A stretch of 64,000 nucleotides of DNA, from positions 64,001-128,000 of the forward strand of contig JAYTHY010000112.1 of NCBI GenBank assembly GCA_043732185.1. The letters are read 5' to 3'. The translations under genes were made by a program, and so were the position numbers. The notes below the pieces were generated by a model. It was not told where the DNA came from. It was given only the letters and a program-made list of their open reading frames with translations, and did no database searches. Positions 54,058 through 63,235 of the stretch are shown here, piece after piece (position 1 is the stretch's first letter; each line of letters opens with the position of its first letter). The stretch is from Fibrobacteria bacterium (lineage in GTDB: Bacteria; Fibrobacterota; Fibrobacteria; UBA11236).

Positions 54058-55797
54058 TCAGAGGCGGGAAATTCTTTGGATAAATCGACCATTCAACGTC
54101 CGTACTTCTAGCATATAAACGCCCGGATCCAAATGTTTTTGGCCTACGAGTTCGCTTAGGGAATATTCCCTGGCTGCTTGACCTTCCATGTAGGCCAGGC
54201 GTGTGCCGGATAAACTGAATAGACTCACGGCATGCTTTCCAGGCCCGTGAACGGATAGTAGGTCCCCGCTCAAACTGAAATTCGGTTTTCGATTGTGAGG
54301 CCCTGGTGGTCGAGCTTTCGTAATAGGGACATGGCAATCACCGACGTAGTCCATCCTAAAAACGCCAGGATTGATGGTGCTATAGAAGCCGTCGTAGTTG
54401 AGCACGTAAAGTGAACCATCCGGCCCATACTTGGCTTGCAAGGGGCCGCGAAGTTTCCAAGCCGAAAATAAAGTTTGGTCAACGCGCTCGGTTTTCAGAA
54501 CTGAAACATTGACCGTGTCCAAGGTCGAAAAATACTGCATGCCGCTCGTGAAACCCATTTGAAACCAAGTTTGATGCAGATGGGGTGGAAATTTGGTTTT
54601 GGAATCCAGGGTTGGATCAAATACATAAATAGGTCCGGTTATGGATACATTGACAAGGTTATTGAGTGTGCCAGGCATGGCGGGCGGAAGGTCCACGACC
54701 CCGCTGTGCAAGGGGTTATTGTTTTTGGGTGTGGCGGCCGATTTTGGCATATCAACGCACGTCGGCACGTTGTTCGCGTGGAAATAGGGGTAGCCGGAAA
54801 AAACTGGATGGGTCACCAAATTGAACTCATCAAAAGTGATAGCAAAATTAACCACGGACCAGGTTAGCCAACGTTTGGTAGGGTGCACGGAAATGGAAAA
54901 GTTACTTCGATCTCCTTTGGAGTACACTTCCGGTAATACTTTTAATGTGTCACGGTATTCAGCGGCTAGAGCCGTTTTGCCCTGCGTTTCCCATTGCTTA
55001 GCCCAATAGTCGCCAAAATTACCCTCCGGAACACTGTATCCTTTATTCGATGAGTCCGGATGGATTCGGAATATTCCGCCTCGCAGGCTGGCAGTATTGG
55101 ATGGCCCCCATTCCGCGCTTTGTGTGCTGTCTGTGGTGGACAATACATTGCAACTGGCTGGGTCCAGTTCCCAGCTATTGCTGCCTACAGTAACCCACAG
55201 GTCACCGTAGGCGTCGAAGGTCATGGGGCCTCCGGAATGGTAGGCATCTGATTTAGAACCGAGGATTTCAATGATGGTTTTCTCTGAAGCCATGTTCAGG
55301 TGGTTGTCGCCGTCCACGGTAAACCGCGACAGTCGCAAAATACGGTTTTGACCAATTAGTTTATTCGGACAATACCAGAGAAACATCCAATGATTGGTAT
55401 CAAAATCCGGATGCAACGCCAAACCCATCAGGCCGTTATCAATTTTACCAAGGACGTTTAAACTTGCAGCTACGGAGATTTGCCGAGTCGCGCCATCAAA
55501 ATGTTTTACCTTACCAAATCTTTCTACAAAAAATATATCGATATGATCAATCGCTCCAGCCTTACGGACGGCGTGAAAATCCATTTGTATGGGTTCTTGT
55601 AAATTCGCATCGAAGGCGTTGACTCCATTAGCGGCGGTTTTATTGAAAAGCTCCGTCATCTGAAAATCTTTGGCCTGTAAATCGGAACAACCCGGATAGC
55701 TGGGAAGGGCATTGGCTGGACCTTGGGATAGCGCAGCCATTATGGTCATACCCGAAATAATTTTGGGCCATTTATGACGCATTGCGCATTTATGCAT
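54058..55797 (-). CDS. PQQ-dependent sugar dehydrogenase-like (GSDH) beta-propeller with T9SS-like CTD
   Basis: NGLMGLALHPDF, LRLSRF, HSGGPMTFD, LRGGIFRIHP, GYSVPEGN, YGPDGSLYVLNY; tail LFSLSG...GVYMLEV. Confidence 0.82.
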   Translation of the reverse strand: MHKCAMRHKWPKIISGMTIMAALSQGPANALPSYPGCSDLQAKDFQMTELFNKTAANGVNAFDANLQEPIQMDFHAVRKAGAIDHIDIFFVERFGKVKHFDGATRQISVAASLNVLGKIDNGLMGLALHPDFDTNHWMFLWYCPNKLIGQNRILRLSRFTVDGDNHLNMASEKTIIEILGSKSDAYHSGGPMTFDAYGDLWVTVGSNSWELDPASCNVLSTTDSTQSAEWGPSNTASLRGGIFRIHPDSSNKGYSVPEGNFGDYWAKQWETQGKTALAAEYRDTLKVLPEVYSKGDRSNFSISVHPTKRWLTWSVVNFAITFDEFNLVTHPVFSGYPYFHANNVPTCVDMPKSAATPKNNNPLHSGVVDLPPAMPGTLNNLVNVSITGPIYVFDPTLDSKTKFPPHLHQTWFQMGFTSGMQYFSTLDTVNVSVLKTERVDQTLFSAWKLRGPLQAKYGPDGSLYVLNYDGFYSTINPGVFRMDYVGDCHVPITKARPPGPHNRKPNFSLSGDLLSVHGPGKHAVSLFSLSGTRLAYMEGQAAREYSLSELVGQKHLDPGVYMLEVRTLNGRFIQRISRL

Positions 55798-55926
55798 TTT
55801 AATTCTTCGTTTCCATCGCTAACTCATGTACCAATGCAGCAAATAGCCGTTTTCCTGCTAATAAAATAGGCTAAAAGGTATTTATCTACCACGAATTCCT
55901 TCTGTTTTGCCTACCTTAAAGAAAAG

Positions 55927-57045
55927 GTGCGAATGCAATCAAAACATAATGCCATTTTTGCTTTAGCTTATGGGCTTTTTGTGGGCCTTGGTATCGGCCA
56001 AGCCACCACTAAACCAATGATTTTTTGGCTCGATAATATGGGCTCGGTCTACGCTTCAAATTCGGATGGTTCGAACAGGAAAATCCTGGCGAGCGGAAAC
56101 GCCCAAGGTTTGATTGGGTGCGATGGCATTGCAGTGGATACCGCAGCGGGAAAAGTCTATTGGAGCAATATGGGAGTGGGGGCCACAGGGAGTATTCAGC
56201 GTGCCAATCTTGACGGTTCCCAACTCGAGTATGTGGTCAAACCCGGAGAGACGCATACACCAAAACAGATCAAATTGGATCGGGTCAACCGTAAAATCTA
56301 TTGGTGTGACCGCGATGGTTTCAAGATTCAGAGAAGTAACTTGGATGGTACAGCCAATGAAATCCTGGTTGCTGGTTTGCAAAATCCCGTTGGCATGGAA
56401 CTGGATATCGCCAAAGGTTTTTTCTATTGGAGCGATAAAAATGCCGGCACCATCATGCGTGCGCATTTCGTCATGCCGCCGGGCCAATCGGCCTCTAACC
56501 GGCGTGACTTGGATACATTGATAAAAGGGTTGCCCATGCCCATCGATTTGGCTTTGGACATACCCAGCGGGCAGATTTATTGGACGGATCGGCAAGCCGG
56601 CACGGTGCAGCGTGCTTACATAGAGATTCCGGCCGGTCAATCGTCTGGAAATCGCACGGATATTAAAATCTTGATTAGTCATCTCGCAACCCCAATTGGA
56701 ATTTCCTTGGATCGCGATGGAGGAAAAATTTATTATACCGAACTAGACGGCGGTGTTGGACGGTCCAACTTGGATGGTACCAATTTACAACCGCTATGCC
56801 CAAGACTGGGAACATCCCTATTCTGTGGAATCGACTTTGTCCAGGTAACTGTAATTGGAACAGGTATTCGGGTCTCTTCGCAGGAATGGATGGATCCAAG
56901 GGCTATCAGGAACGCAGGGATGGGCCCAGTGGCGGAGTGGGAATCCAATCTTAAACTGAATCCAGTAGATGCTGTGGGTAGAAAAAATCTGCGCACCTTC
57001 CACGGGAGTTCTACTTTACAATTCATGAATCCTGTTTCCAAATAA
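55927..57045 (+). CDS. Secreted YWTD (LDL-receptor class B-like) beta-propeller protein
   Basis: KVYWSN, KIYWCD, FFYWSD, QIYWTD, KIYYTE blades with R-x-NLDG; tail VDAVGRK. Confidence 0.8.
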   Translation: MRMQSKHNAIFALAYGLFVGLGIGQATTKPMIFWLDNMGSVYASNSDGSNRKILASGNAQGLIGCDGIAVDTAAGKVYWSNMGVGATGSIQRANLDGSQLEYVVKPGETHTPKQIKLDRVNRKIYWCDRDGFKIQRSNLDGTANEILVAGLQNPVGMELDIAKGFFYWSDKNAGTIMRAHFVMPPGQSASNRRDLDTLIKGLPMPIDLALDIPSGQIYWTDRQAGTVQRAYIEIPAGQSSGNRTDIKILISHLATPIGISLDRDGGKIYYTELDGGVGRSNLDGTNLQPLCPRLGTSLFCGIDFVQVTVIGTGIRVSSQEWMDPRAIRNAGMGPVAEWESNLKLNPVDAVGRKNLRTFHGSSTLQFMNPVSK

Positions 57046-57060
57046 TGGAGTTAATGATAC

Positions 57061-57996
57061 ATGTCCAAATACATGATATGTGCGTCACTATTGCTTTCGG
57101 GGCTTTGTATGGCTCAAACCAATAAATTCCTTATCCGGACGTTTACCGGATCCAGCGGCTTGGTTTTGCCTTATCGGCTATTTGTTCCCGCGAGTACTGC
57201 TCCCGTTCAGCCGCGGCCTTTGGTTTTAGCCTTGCATGGCTATGGTGAGAGAGGGACGGATAATACCTTGCAGCTGACAGCCAATCAATTGGCCATGGTG
57301 TGGGCTATTGACAGCAACCAGGCAAAGTACCCGAGTTTTGTCGTTGCGCCGCAATGCCCGGCTGGAAGCGGTTCGTGGGTGTACACCAATTTTCAGGCAC
57401 CGGGTTATGATTTGAGCAAAACTCCCGAGTCCAAAGAATTGAAAACAGTGATGGAATTGCTGGATTCCTTGGGTCGAGAATTCAAACTGGATCCGGATCG
57501 GATGTACCTAACTGGTCTATCCATGGGTGGCTTCGGAACGTGGGATCTGCTGATGCGCCATCCCAATCGATTCGCCGCAGCAGTCCCCATTTGCGGAGCA
57601 GCCGATACGTCCAAGGCTGGATTGCTTAAATCCTTGCCCATTTGGGATTTTCATGGGGGCGCAGATCCGGTGGTTCCCGTGGCTGGCTCGCGGCTAATGA
57701 TCGCGGCCCTTAAAAAAGCGGGAGGCAATCCCAAGTATACTGAGTATCCAGGCGTAGGGCATGATTCTTGGGTGCCGGCCTTAAAGGAACCAGAATTGTT
57801 ACCCTGGCTGTTTGCCCAGAAAAGGTCAAGCGCAACCGGTTTGCAACGCAATGAATTCGGGATGCAGAAAAACGAATCGCCTACGACGAATAATTTCGGA
57901 TTGGTAATTCCAGGAATGGATCCTTCGGCCGAATATCGACTGGATGGCAGGCAAATCGTCACTCCTGATAAAATTGTGGATCACGAGCCTAAATAG
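57061..57996 (+). CDS. Secreted alpha/beta hydrolase (phospholipase/carboxylesterase, COG4099-like)
   Basis: LPYRLF, LHGYGERG, VVAPQCP, GLSMGGFG, DPVV, GHDSW; tail YRLDGR. Confidence 0.87.
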   Translation: MSKYMICASLLLSGLCMAQTNKFLIRTFTGSSGLVLPYRLFVPASTAPVQPRPLVLALHGYGERGTDNTLQLTANQLAMVWAIDSNQAKYPSFVVAPQCPAGSGSWVYTNFQAPGYDLSKTPESKELKTVMELLDSLGREFKLDPDRMYLTGLSMGGFGTWDLLMRHPNRFAAAVPICGAADTSKAGLLKSLPIWDFHGGADPVVPVAGSRLMIAALKKAGGNPKYTEYPGVGHDSWVPALKEPELLPWLFAQKRSSATGLQRNEFGMQKNESPTTNNFGLVIPGMDPSAEYRLDGRQIVTPDKIVDHEPK

Positions 57997-58059
57997 TGAT
58001 TTTATTTCTCGCTTAAATCGATTACTTTTCCCGAAAAACATTTTTTCGGGAGTTTCACG

Positions 58060-58911
58060 ATGCGAATACTTTACTTCTCCTTCTCGGTTGCCTTTCTACT
58101 TGTGGCGTGTGCGCCTACAAAAAAGAATTTTTGCTCCCCAGACTACACTATCGATTTCAGCAAAGCCTTGCAATTTGCGGAACTGGCTGATATGGCGTAT
58201 GCATCGGACTCTGCTATCGATCAATCTTGTGGCGCGGACAGCTGTTTCCATTTCAAAGGTCAAGCCACCGGCGCGCGGGCCTTCCTTCGCATCAATGACT
58301 CCACAAAAATCCAATGGTTGGCCTTTCGGGGTACGGCCAATTTATCGGATGTTAAGCTTGATGCGGAATATACGCAGAATCCAGACTCGGTTCTGCATAT
58401 GCATTTACATAAAGGTTTTTCCGCTGCCACACGCGATTTGTACCCAGAATTACGCTCCCACTTGCGTCAAGGTTATAAGACTAGAATCGCCGGACATAGC
58501 TTGGGTGGGGCAATAGCAGCTATCACAGGATTGTATTTACGCCAGGAAGGCTTTGCTGTGGAAGTGTACACATTTGGCCAGCCGAAGGTTACCAATATCG
58601 CCGGTGCCGCAAGGGCCGATTCTTTAAACCTGATTCGTTTTCTCAATGGCCAAGACATGGTGACACTCGTTCCGCCGCTAAGCTACAAGTCTGGAAACTT
58701 GGGCTCCTATGCGCATTTCGGCAAGGAAGTAGCCCTCATGGACGATAAAAATTATGAGTGCCTACAGGAGCATTTTCAAAAACGATATGACCCGGATTCT
58801 TGGTGGAATCAGGTCCAGGAGCAGGCTTTAAAGGATCATGGAATCGCCAATTATCTTGAAAAACTAAGAGCCTTGGTGCCCACTGCTCAAGCAATGTCCG
58901 AGCTTCCCTAA
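58060..58911 (+). CDS. Lipase class 3 family lipoprotein
   Basis: Lipobox LVAC; AFRGT, HKGF, GHSLGG, YTFGQP, DMVTLVP, DHGIANY. Confidence 0.88.
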   Translation: MRILYFSFSVAFLLVACAPTKKNFCSPDYTIDFSKALQFAELADMAYASDSAIDQSCGADSCFHFKGQATGARAFLRINDSTKIQWLAFRGTANLSDVKLDAEYTQNPDSVLHMHLHKGFSAATRDLYPELRSHLRQGYKTRIAGHSLGGAIAAITGLYLRQEGFAVEVYTFGQPKVTNIAGAARADSLNLIRFLNGQDMVTLVPPLSYKSGNLGSYAHFGKEVALMDDKNYECLQEHFQKRYDPDSWWNQVQEQALKDHGIANYLEKLRALVPTAQAMSELP

Positions 58912-60008
58912 AATAGGGTTTTGCCGGTTACGGTATCGAAGAACTTGGCGGCGGGGCCATTGACTTTCAAGGCGACCTCTTGGCCCGTCTGCCATTTCTC
59001 CCCGGCCACAACTCTGGCCGCCCAATCTATTTTTCCGGTTTGAAAGTATAAACAAATATTTCCTCCCAACCTTTCCACCACCCCTATCGTGCCTTTAATA
59101 GAAGGCGCAAAAGGGTGGCCATTGGCCTGATCGGAACCGATATCTTCGGGTCTTATTCCCATTAACACATCCTGCCCGGTAAGGGGTTGCAGGACTTTTG
59201 CTTGCTTTTCGCTCAGCGTGAGGCTAAACAATTCATGGAGGAACGTCGGCAAGCCTGCCACATGCCCCATTTTCCCTGAGAACAGGTTCATTCCCGGTGT
59301 GCCTATAAAGGACGCTACAAATGCATTGTTGGGGCTTTGGTAAAGCGTTTCTGGTTCGGCCACTTGCTGAATGCGGCCATCCTTAAGGACCACTACTCGG
59401 TTGCCCATGGTCATGGCTTCCACCTGATCATGGGTTACAAATATCATGGTTGCCTTAAGCTGTTGATGCAATCTGGAAATCTCGACGCGCATTTGAGCCC
59501 GCATTTTTGCATCCAGATTGGATAAGGGTTCGTCAAAAAGGAAAACTTTGGGTTGGCGCAAAATCGCCCGCCCTAATGCAGCCCTTTGCCTCTGTCCTCC
59601 GCTCATTTCTCCAGGGTAACGTTGCAGTAACTCGAAAATGCCCAAAGTAGTGGCTACTGCTTCCACCCGCGCGCGGATTTCGGCCCGGGGTGTTTTGCGC
59701 AACTTAAGTCCAAAACCCATATTGTCGGCAATATTGAGATGCGGAAACAAAGCGTAATTCTGAAACATGACCGCCATGTCCCTTTGCTTAGGTGGTAAGC
59801 CCACCAGTTCTTTTCCGTCCAAGGTGATGGAGCCGGCGCTTTCCTCTTCCAGGCCTGCGATGAGTCTTAGCAATGTTGATTTTCCGCAACCGGAAGGTCC
59901 TACAATGGTGACAAATTCGCCTTCGGCAATATCTAGATTAAAGTCGTCGAGCGCTTTTACTCCGCCGGGAAAGATTTTGCCTAAGCCTGTTAGTTTCAAT
60001 CGCGCCAT
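58908..60008 (-). CDS. Carbohydrate ABC ATP-binding protein (MalK/MsmK/UgpC type)
   Basis: GPSGCGKST, FQNYALFPH, MSGGQRQR, LFDEPLSNLDAK, VTHDQVEAMT; C-terminal TOBE-like region. Confidence 0.93.
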   Translation of the reverse strand: MARLKLTGLGKIFPGGVKALDDFNLDIAEGEFVTIVGPSGCGKSTLLRLIAGLEEESAGSITLDGKELVGLPPKQRDMAVMFQNYALFPHLNIADNMGFGLKLRKTPRAEIRARVEAVATTLGIFELLQRYPGEMSGGQRQRAALGRAILRQPKVFLFDEPLSNLDAKMRAQMRVEISRLHQQLKATMIFVTHDQVEAMTMGNRVVVLKDGRIQQVAEPETLYQSPNNAFVASFIGTPGMNLFSGKMGHVAGLPTFLHELFSLTLSEKQAKVLQPLTGQDVLMGIRPEDIGSDQANGHPFAPSIKGTIGVVERLGGNICLYFQTGKIDWAARVVAGEKWQTGQEVALKVNGPAAKFFDTVTGKTLF

Positions 60009-60057
60009 AGCTACCTTATCTCAATTTTCCAGTTTGTAACTTTCAAGCTCAGCTGCT

Positions 60058-60900
60058 CTATTGCAAAGTAAGTTCTGAAAGCGAGGATTTGAAATGCTTT
60101 TGCACCAGCAAATACAGCATCGCCGTGGGCAACACGGTCAATGCCGAGCCCGCCATTAAAAGGCCATAGGGAATGTTCCGGCTGCTGCCATATAAACTGC
60201 TCAACGCCACGCCCGCGGTCATATGCAAATTGGAACTCAACATCACCAGTGGGATGAGATGTTCATGCCAAGCCAGAATAAAATGAATTAATCCGTATGC
60301 AACCAAGGCTGGTTTTACCAAAGGTAGGCAGACGAAAAATACACCATATTCCGTGGCTCCCTCGCTTCGCGCCAGATCCAGTAATTCGTCCGGGAGCCGT
60401 TTGTACACCTGTGTGAAGTAAAGTATTCCAATTCCCGATACAGCTCCCGGTAATATCACCGACCATGGACCATCCAAAAGCCCTAAAACATTCATCCACG
60501 TGAAAATCGGCAGCACCATTACCTGCCTGGGTATAAGGACAACCAAAACAGCCAAAGCAAACAAGGCCCGCTTACCGGCGAAGTTGTACTTGGCAAAGAC
60601 AAATCCCGCTGATGCAGAAAATACCAAGGCCATGGCAGTTTGCCCGGAGGCGATGACCAAGGAGTTGAAAAACTGGCGAGGGTAGGGGATCCACTCTCCG
60701 GAAAACAATGTCTGGTAATGCCTAAAATGGATTTCTTCCGGCCACAGGGGAAAGGGTTTGAAAATTTCCGGGTTGGCTTTGAAGGTTGCGCACACCATCC
60801 AGAGAAATGGAAAGGCAAAAAGAGCACAGAGCAACAGCAAAAACCCTGTGGCAAGCAGGGCAGAGGTTCGGTGGCGCCGTGATGTGGAAGGATTAATCAT
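60058..60900 (-). CDS. Carbohydrate ABC permease (MalG-type)
   Basis: PFLWMV, FFNSLVIA, EAA-like loop LPDELLDLARSEGA; ATGA overlap with the upstream permease. Confidence 0.88.
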   Translation of the reverse strand: MINPSTSRRHRTSALLATGFLLLLCALFAFPFLWMVCATFKANPEIFKPFPLWPEEIHFRHYQTLFSGEWIPYPRQFFNSLVIASGQTAMALVFSASAGFVFAKYNFAGKRALFALAVLVVLIPRQVMVLPIFTWMNVLGLLDGPWSVILPGAVSGIGILYFTQVYKRLPDELLDLARSEGATEYGVFFVCLPLVKPALVAYGLIHFILAWHEHLIPLVMLSSNLHMTAGVALSSLYGSSRNIPYGLLMAGSALTVLPTAMLYLLVQKHFKSSLSELTLQ

Positions 60901-61820
60901 ATCGAACCATTTGTACTTGAGAGATGAGATTCTTCATGGTTAATAATATTGTTCATGTTGGATCTGATGCGTTTGCGGCTAAGCAGCATAAACCAAACCA
61001 CCAACATTAGCACCGGGACCATGGTAAAGCCCATGGCAGCGGCACTGCCGAAATTACCCAATGTGAAAGCTGTCAAATAGGTATAGGCGACCAGCAACAA
61101 ACCAGCATCCATGGTTCCACCGGAACCGCCTAGAAGGATGTACCCGCCTTCAAACAAAACGAAAGCATCCAAAAACAAAAAGATTGCCGCAAAAGCCAAT
61201 ACATGCGACAGCAAGGGCACGGTAACAAATCTGAAAATCTGCCAAGGACCAGCGCCTTCCGCGCGTGCCAAGTCGTAATAGGATTTGGGAATGCCCTCCA
61301 TACCCGAGAGTAGAATCAAAGTGATAAACCCGGTCCAACGCCATAGTGTCAAAAGCATGAGTGAGAATTTAATGACATGTGGGTCGCGGATCCAATCGAC
61401 CATTGGAAGCCCCAATGGCGCTGCTATGAGACCGTTCAGCATCCCATGGGGCCCGTTAAAAATCAGAATATACAGAAAGGCCAGGACAGCTGGTGGAGTA
61501 AGTCCTGGCAGCATCAGGCAGAATAGAATGGCACTGCGAGAGCGGGTAAATGACTTTCGGAGAAGATGTGCCAGCGCAAGTGAAAATGACGTAACCACAA
61601 GAATGGACATGAGGGCGTATAGGCAGGTGTTCCCCAGTGCATGAAAAAAACGGTTGTCTTTGAGTAAATCAATATAGTGTACGAACCCGACATAATACGG
61701 GTCGCCGAACAACGTATCGCTCTGGAGGCTGAGGTGAAATCCCATGGCAATCGGTATCAACCAAAAGGCTACAAGGGCAAGGAAAAATGGGATCAGTAGA
61801 AAAATCGGCAGCGGCCGCAA
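60897..61820 (-). CDS. Carbohydrate ABC permease (MalF-type)
   Basis: YVGFVHY, ALGNT, WRWTGF, IPKSYYDLARAEGAGPWQIFRFVTVP, GSAAAMG; TTG start approximate. Confidence 0.86.
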   Translation of the reverse strand: MRPLPIFLLIPFFLALVAFWLIPIAMGFHLSLQSDTLFGDPYYVGFVHYIDLLKDNRFFHALGNTCLYALMSILVVTSFSLALAHLLRKSFTRSRSAILFCLMLPGLTPPAVLAFLYILIFNGPHGMLNGLIAAPLGLPMVDWIRDPHVIKFSLMLLTLWRWTGFITLILLSGMEGIPKSYYDLARAEGAGPWQIFRFVTVPLLSHVLAFAAIFLFLDAFVLFEGGYILLGGSGGTMDAGLLLVAYTYLTAFTLGNFGSAAAMGFTMVPVLMLVVWFMLLSRKRIRSNMNNIINHEESHLSSTNGSI

Positions 61821-61888
61821 CCGCCGGCTTTTCCCTGCTGGGCGGCTTGGACGTTCTAAACTACGGCCACCTGCAGGGCTGGAAACAG

Positions 61889-63157
61889 TCAGGGCTTGGT
61901 CCCACTGGAAAGTAATTCCGCTTTGAGATCATGGAATAGTTTTTCTGGCGCAATGCCGGTCATCATCAAACTATTCCAATATTTTTCTCTAAATAAATTC
62001 ACAAAAGGCGCTCGGTAGGGAGACTGCACAACATAGGGAACGCGTGGTGCCAGTTCCATCAAGAGGCTCGCCAGGCTTTGCCCACCAAAGTAGGGCTCGG
62101 GCTTGTTGAACCTGGGATCGGTCCAGGCACCGCGATAGGGCGTAAAGCAATTGCCTTCCACATAACGTTCCACATTGGCGTCGATATCGGACATGACCCA
62201 TTCGATGAATTTCCAAGCTCTATCCACTTGGGTGCTTTTCTTGAAAATGACCAGTCCCTGTCCGGAAAAGCTGGAAGTGGGATTCTGTCCGTGAGAAAGC
62301 GAATCTGTCCAAACGGGCATGGCCATAGCTCGCCATTTGCCCTTATGCAGAGGGTCTAAACCTTGTATCATGTCCAGTCCATACCAATCCGCTCCTAGCA
62401 CCGCCAGGACGCCGTTGTTGGCAACATATGAATTGAAAAACTCAGGTTCGAAAATAGATCCACGGTCCGGAGTCATGCCGACGCTGTCTTTAGTCCAGCC
62501 CAGCAGTTTTCTCAACGTCTCGACGGCTATGGCAGAATCAGGGAGTGGATTACCGGCGCTATCGAAAAGTTCATAGCCGCGTTGCCGCATCATAATTTCA
62601 AAATAGGACCAATCCATGGCCATCATTTTTCGGGTGGGAGTGTGAACCTTTTTGGAAACCGCTTCCAGTTTCGGCCAGGTGTCAATGCTCTTGGGAGTTA
62701 TTCCCAGGTCCTTGAAAATATCGGCGCGATAATACAAAACCACATTACTCACGCTTTGGGGCAGACCGTATATTTTATCCTTCCAGGTGAACAATCCCAT
62801 GCGTTGCGGCAAAATGGCTTCATCTAATTTGGCCTTTTTTACCCGACCAGTCAAGTCAACAAACGGGATTTGCCCACGCAGATATAAGCTGAAATAGATC
62901 TCATCCAATTGCACGATGTCTGGCGGATTGATTCCCGTTTTAATGGCTATGGCGAGCTTATCCGGCATTTCTGTAAAGCCATAGGAATGAACATTGGCTT
63001 CAAAGGTTTTATCAACCTTGGATTGATAGGTTTTGATCATGTTCAGGTAATACTTCTCGTCGCTCTGCGAGTTCACCCAGAATTCGATAGGCTTTGCCCA
63101 TACGGAGCAGGCCAGTAAACTGCCGAGCGTGAGTGGCTTAATAAAACGCATATCCAA
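61889..63157 (-). CDS. ABC transporter substrate-binding protein, family 1 (sugar)
   Basis: AAAGGAG RBS before TTG/ATG; signal peptide; PPDIVQLD, IYGLP, LYYRADIF, GKWRAM, AWKFIEW, YFGGQ. Confidence 0.88.
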   Translation of the reverse strand: MDMRFIKPLTLGSLLACSVWAKPIEFWVNSQSDEKYYLNMIKTYQSKVDKTFEANVHSYGFTEMPDKLAIAIKTGINPPDIVQLDEIYFSLYLRGQIPFVDLTGRVKKAKLDEAILPQRMGLFTWKDKIYGLPQSVSNVVLYYRADIFKDLGITPKSIDTWPKLEAVSKKVHTPTRKMMAMDWSYFEIMMRQRGYELFDSAGNPLPDSAIAVETLRKLLGWTKDSVGMTPDRGSIFEPEFFNSYVANNGVLAVLGADWYGLDMIQGLDPLHKGKWRAMAMPVWTDSLSHGQNPTSSFSGQGLVIFKKSTQVDRAWKFIEWVMSDIDANVERYVEGNCFTPYRGAWTDPRFNKPEPYFGGQSLASLLMELAPRVPYVVQSPYRAPFVNLFREKYWNSLMMTGIAPEKLFHDLKAELLSSGTKP

Positions 63158-63235
63158 AGTCTCCTTTAGTTTCCTTCGTACTTACTTAAAATTACCAATA
63201 TGCGGCCATCTGCGGGGATGATTACTTTTTGCCAA

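Noticed and set aside
53664..54564. Remnant/parent pair as DGR template and variable repeats
   Set aside because: Differences are not adenine-specific, similarity is mainly at protein level, and no RT is nearby
58060..58911. Lipase as a T6SS Tle effector, given tssG ~4 kb away
   Set aside because: It has a lipoprotein signal, no adjacent vgrG or immunity gene, and an ABC operon separates it from tssG
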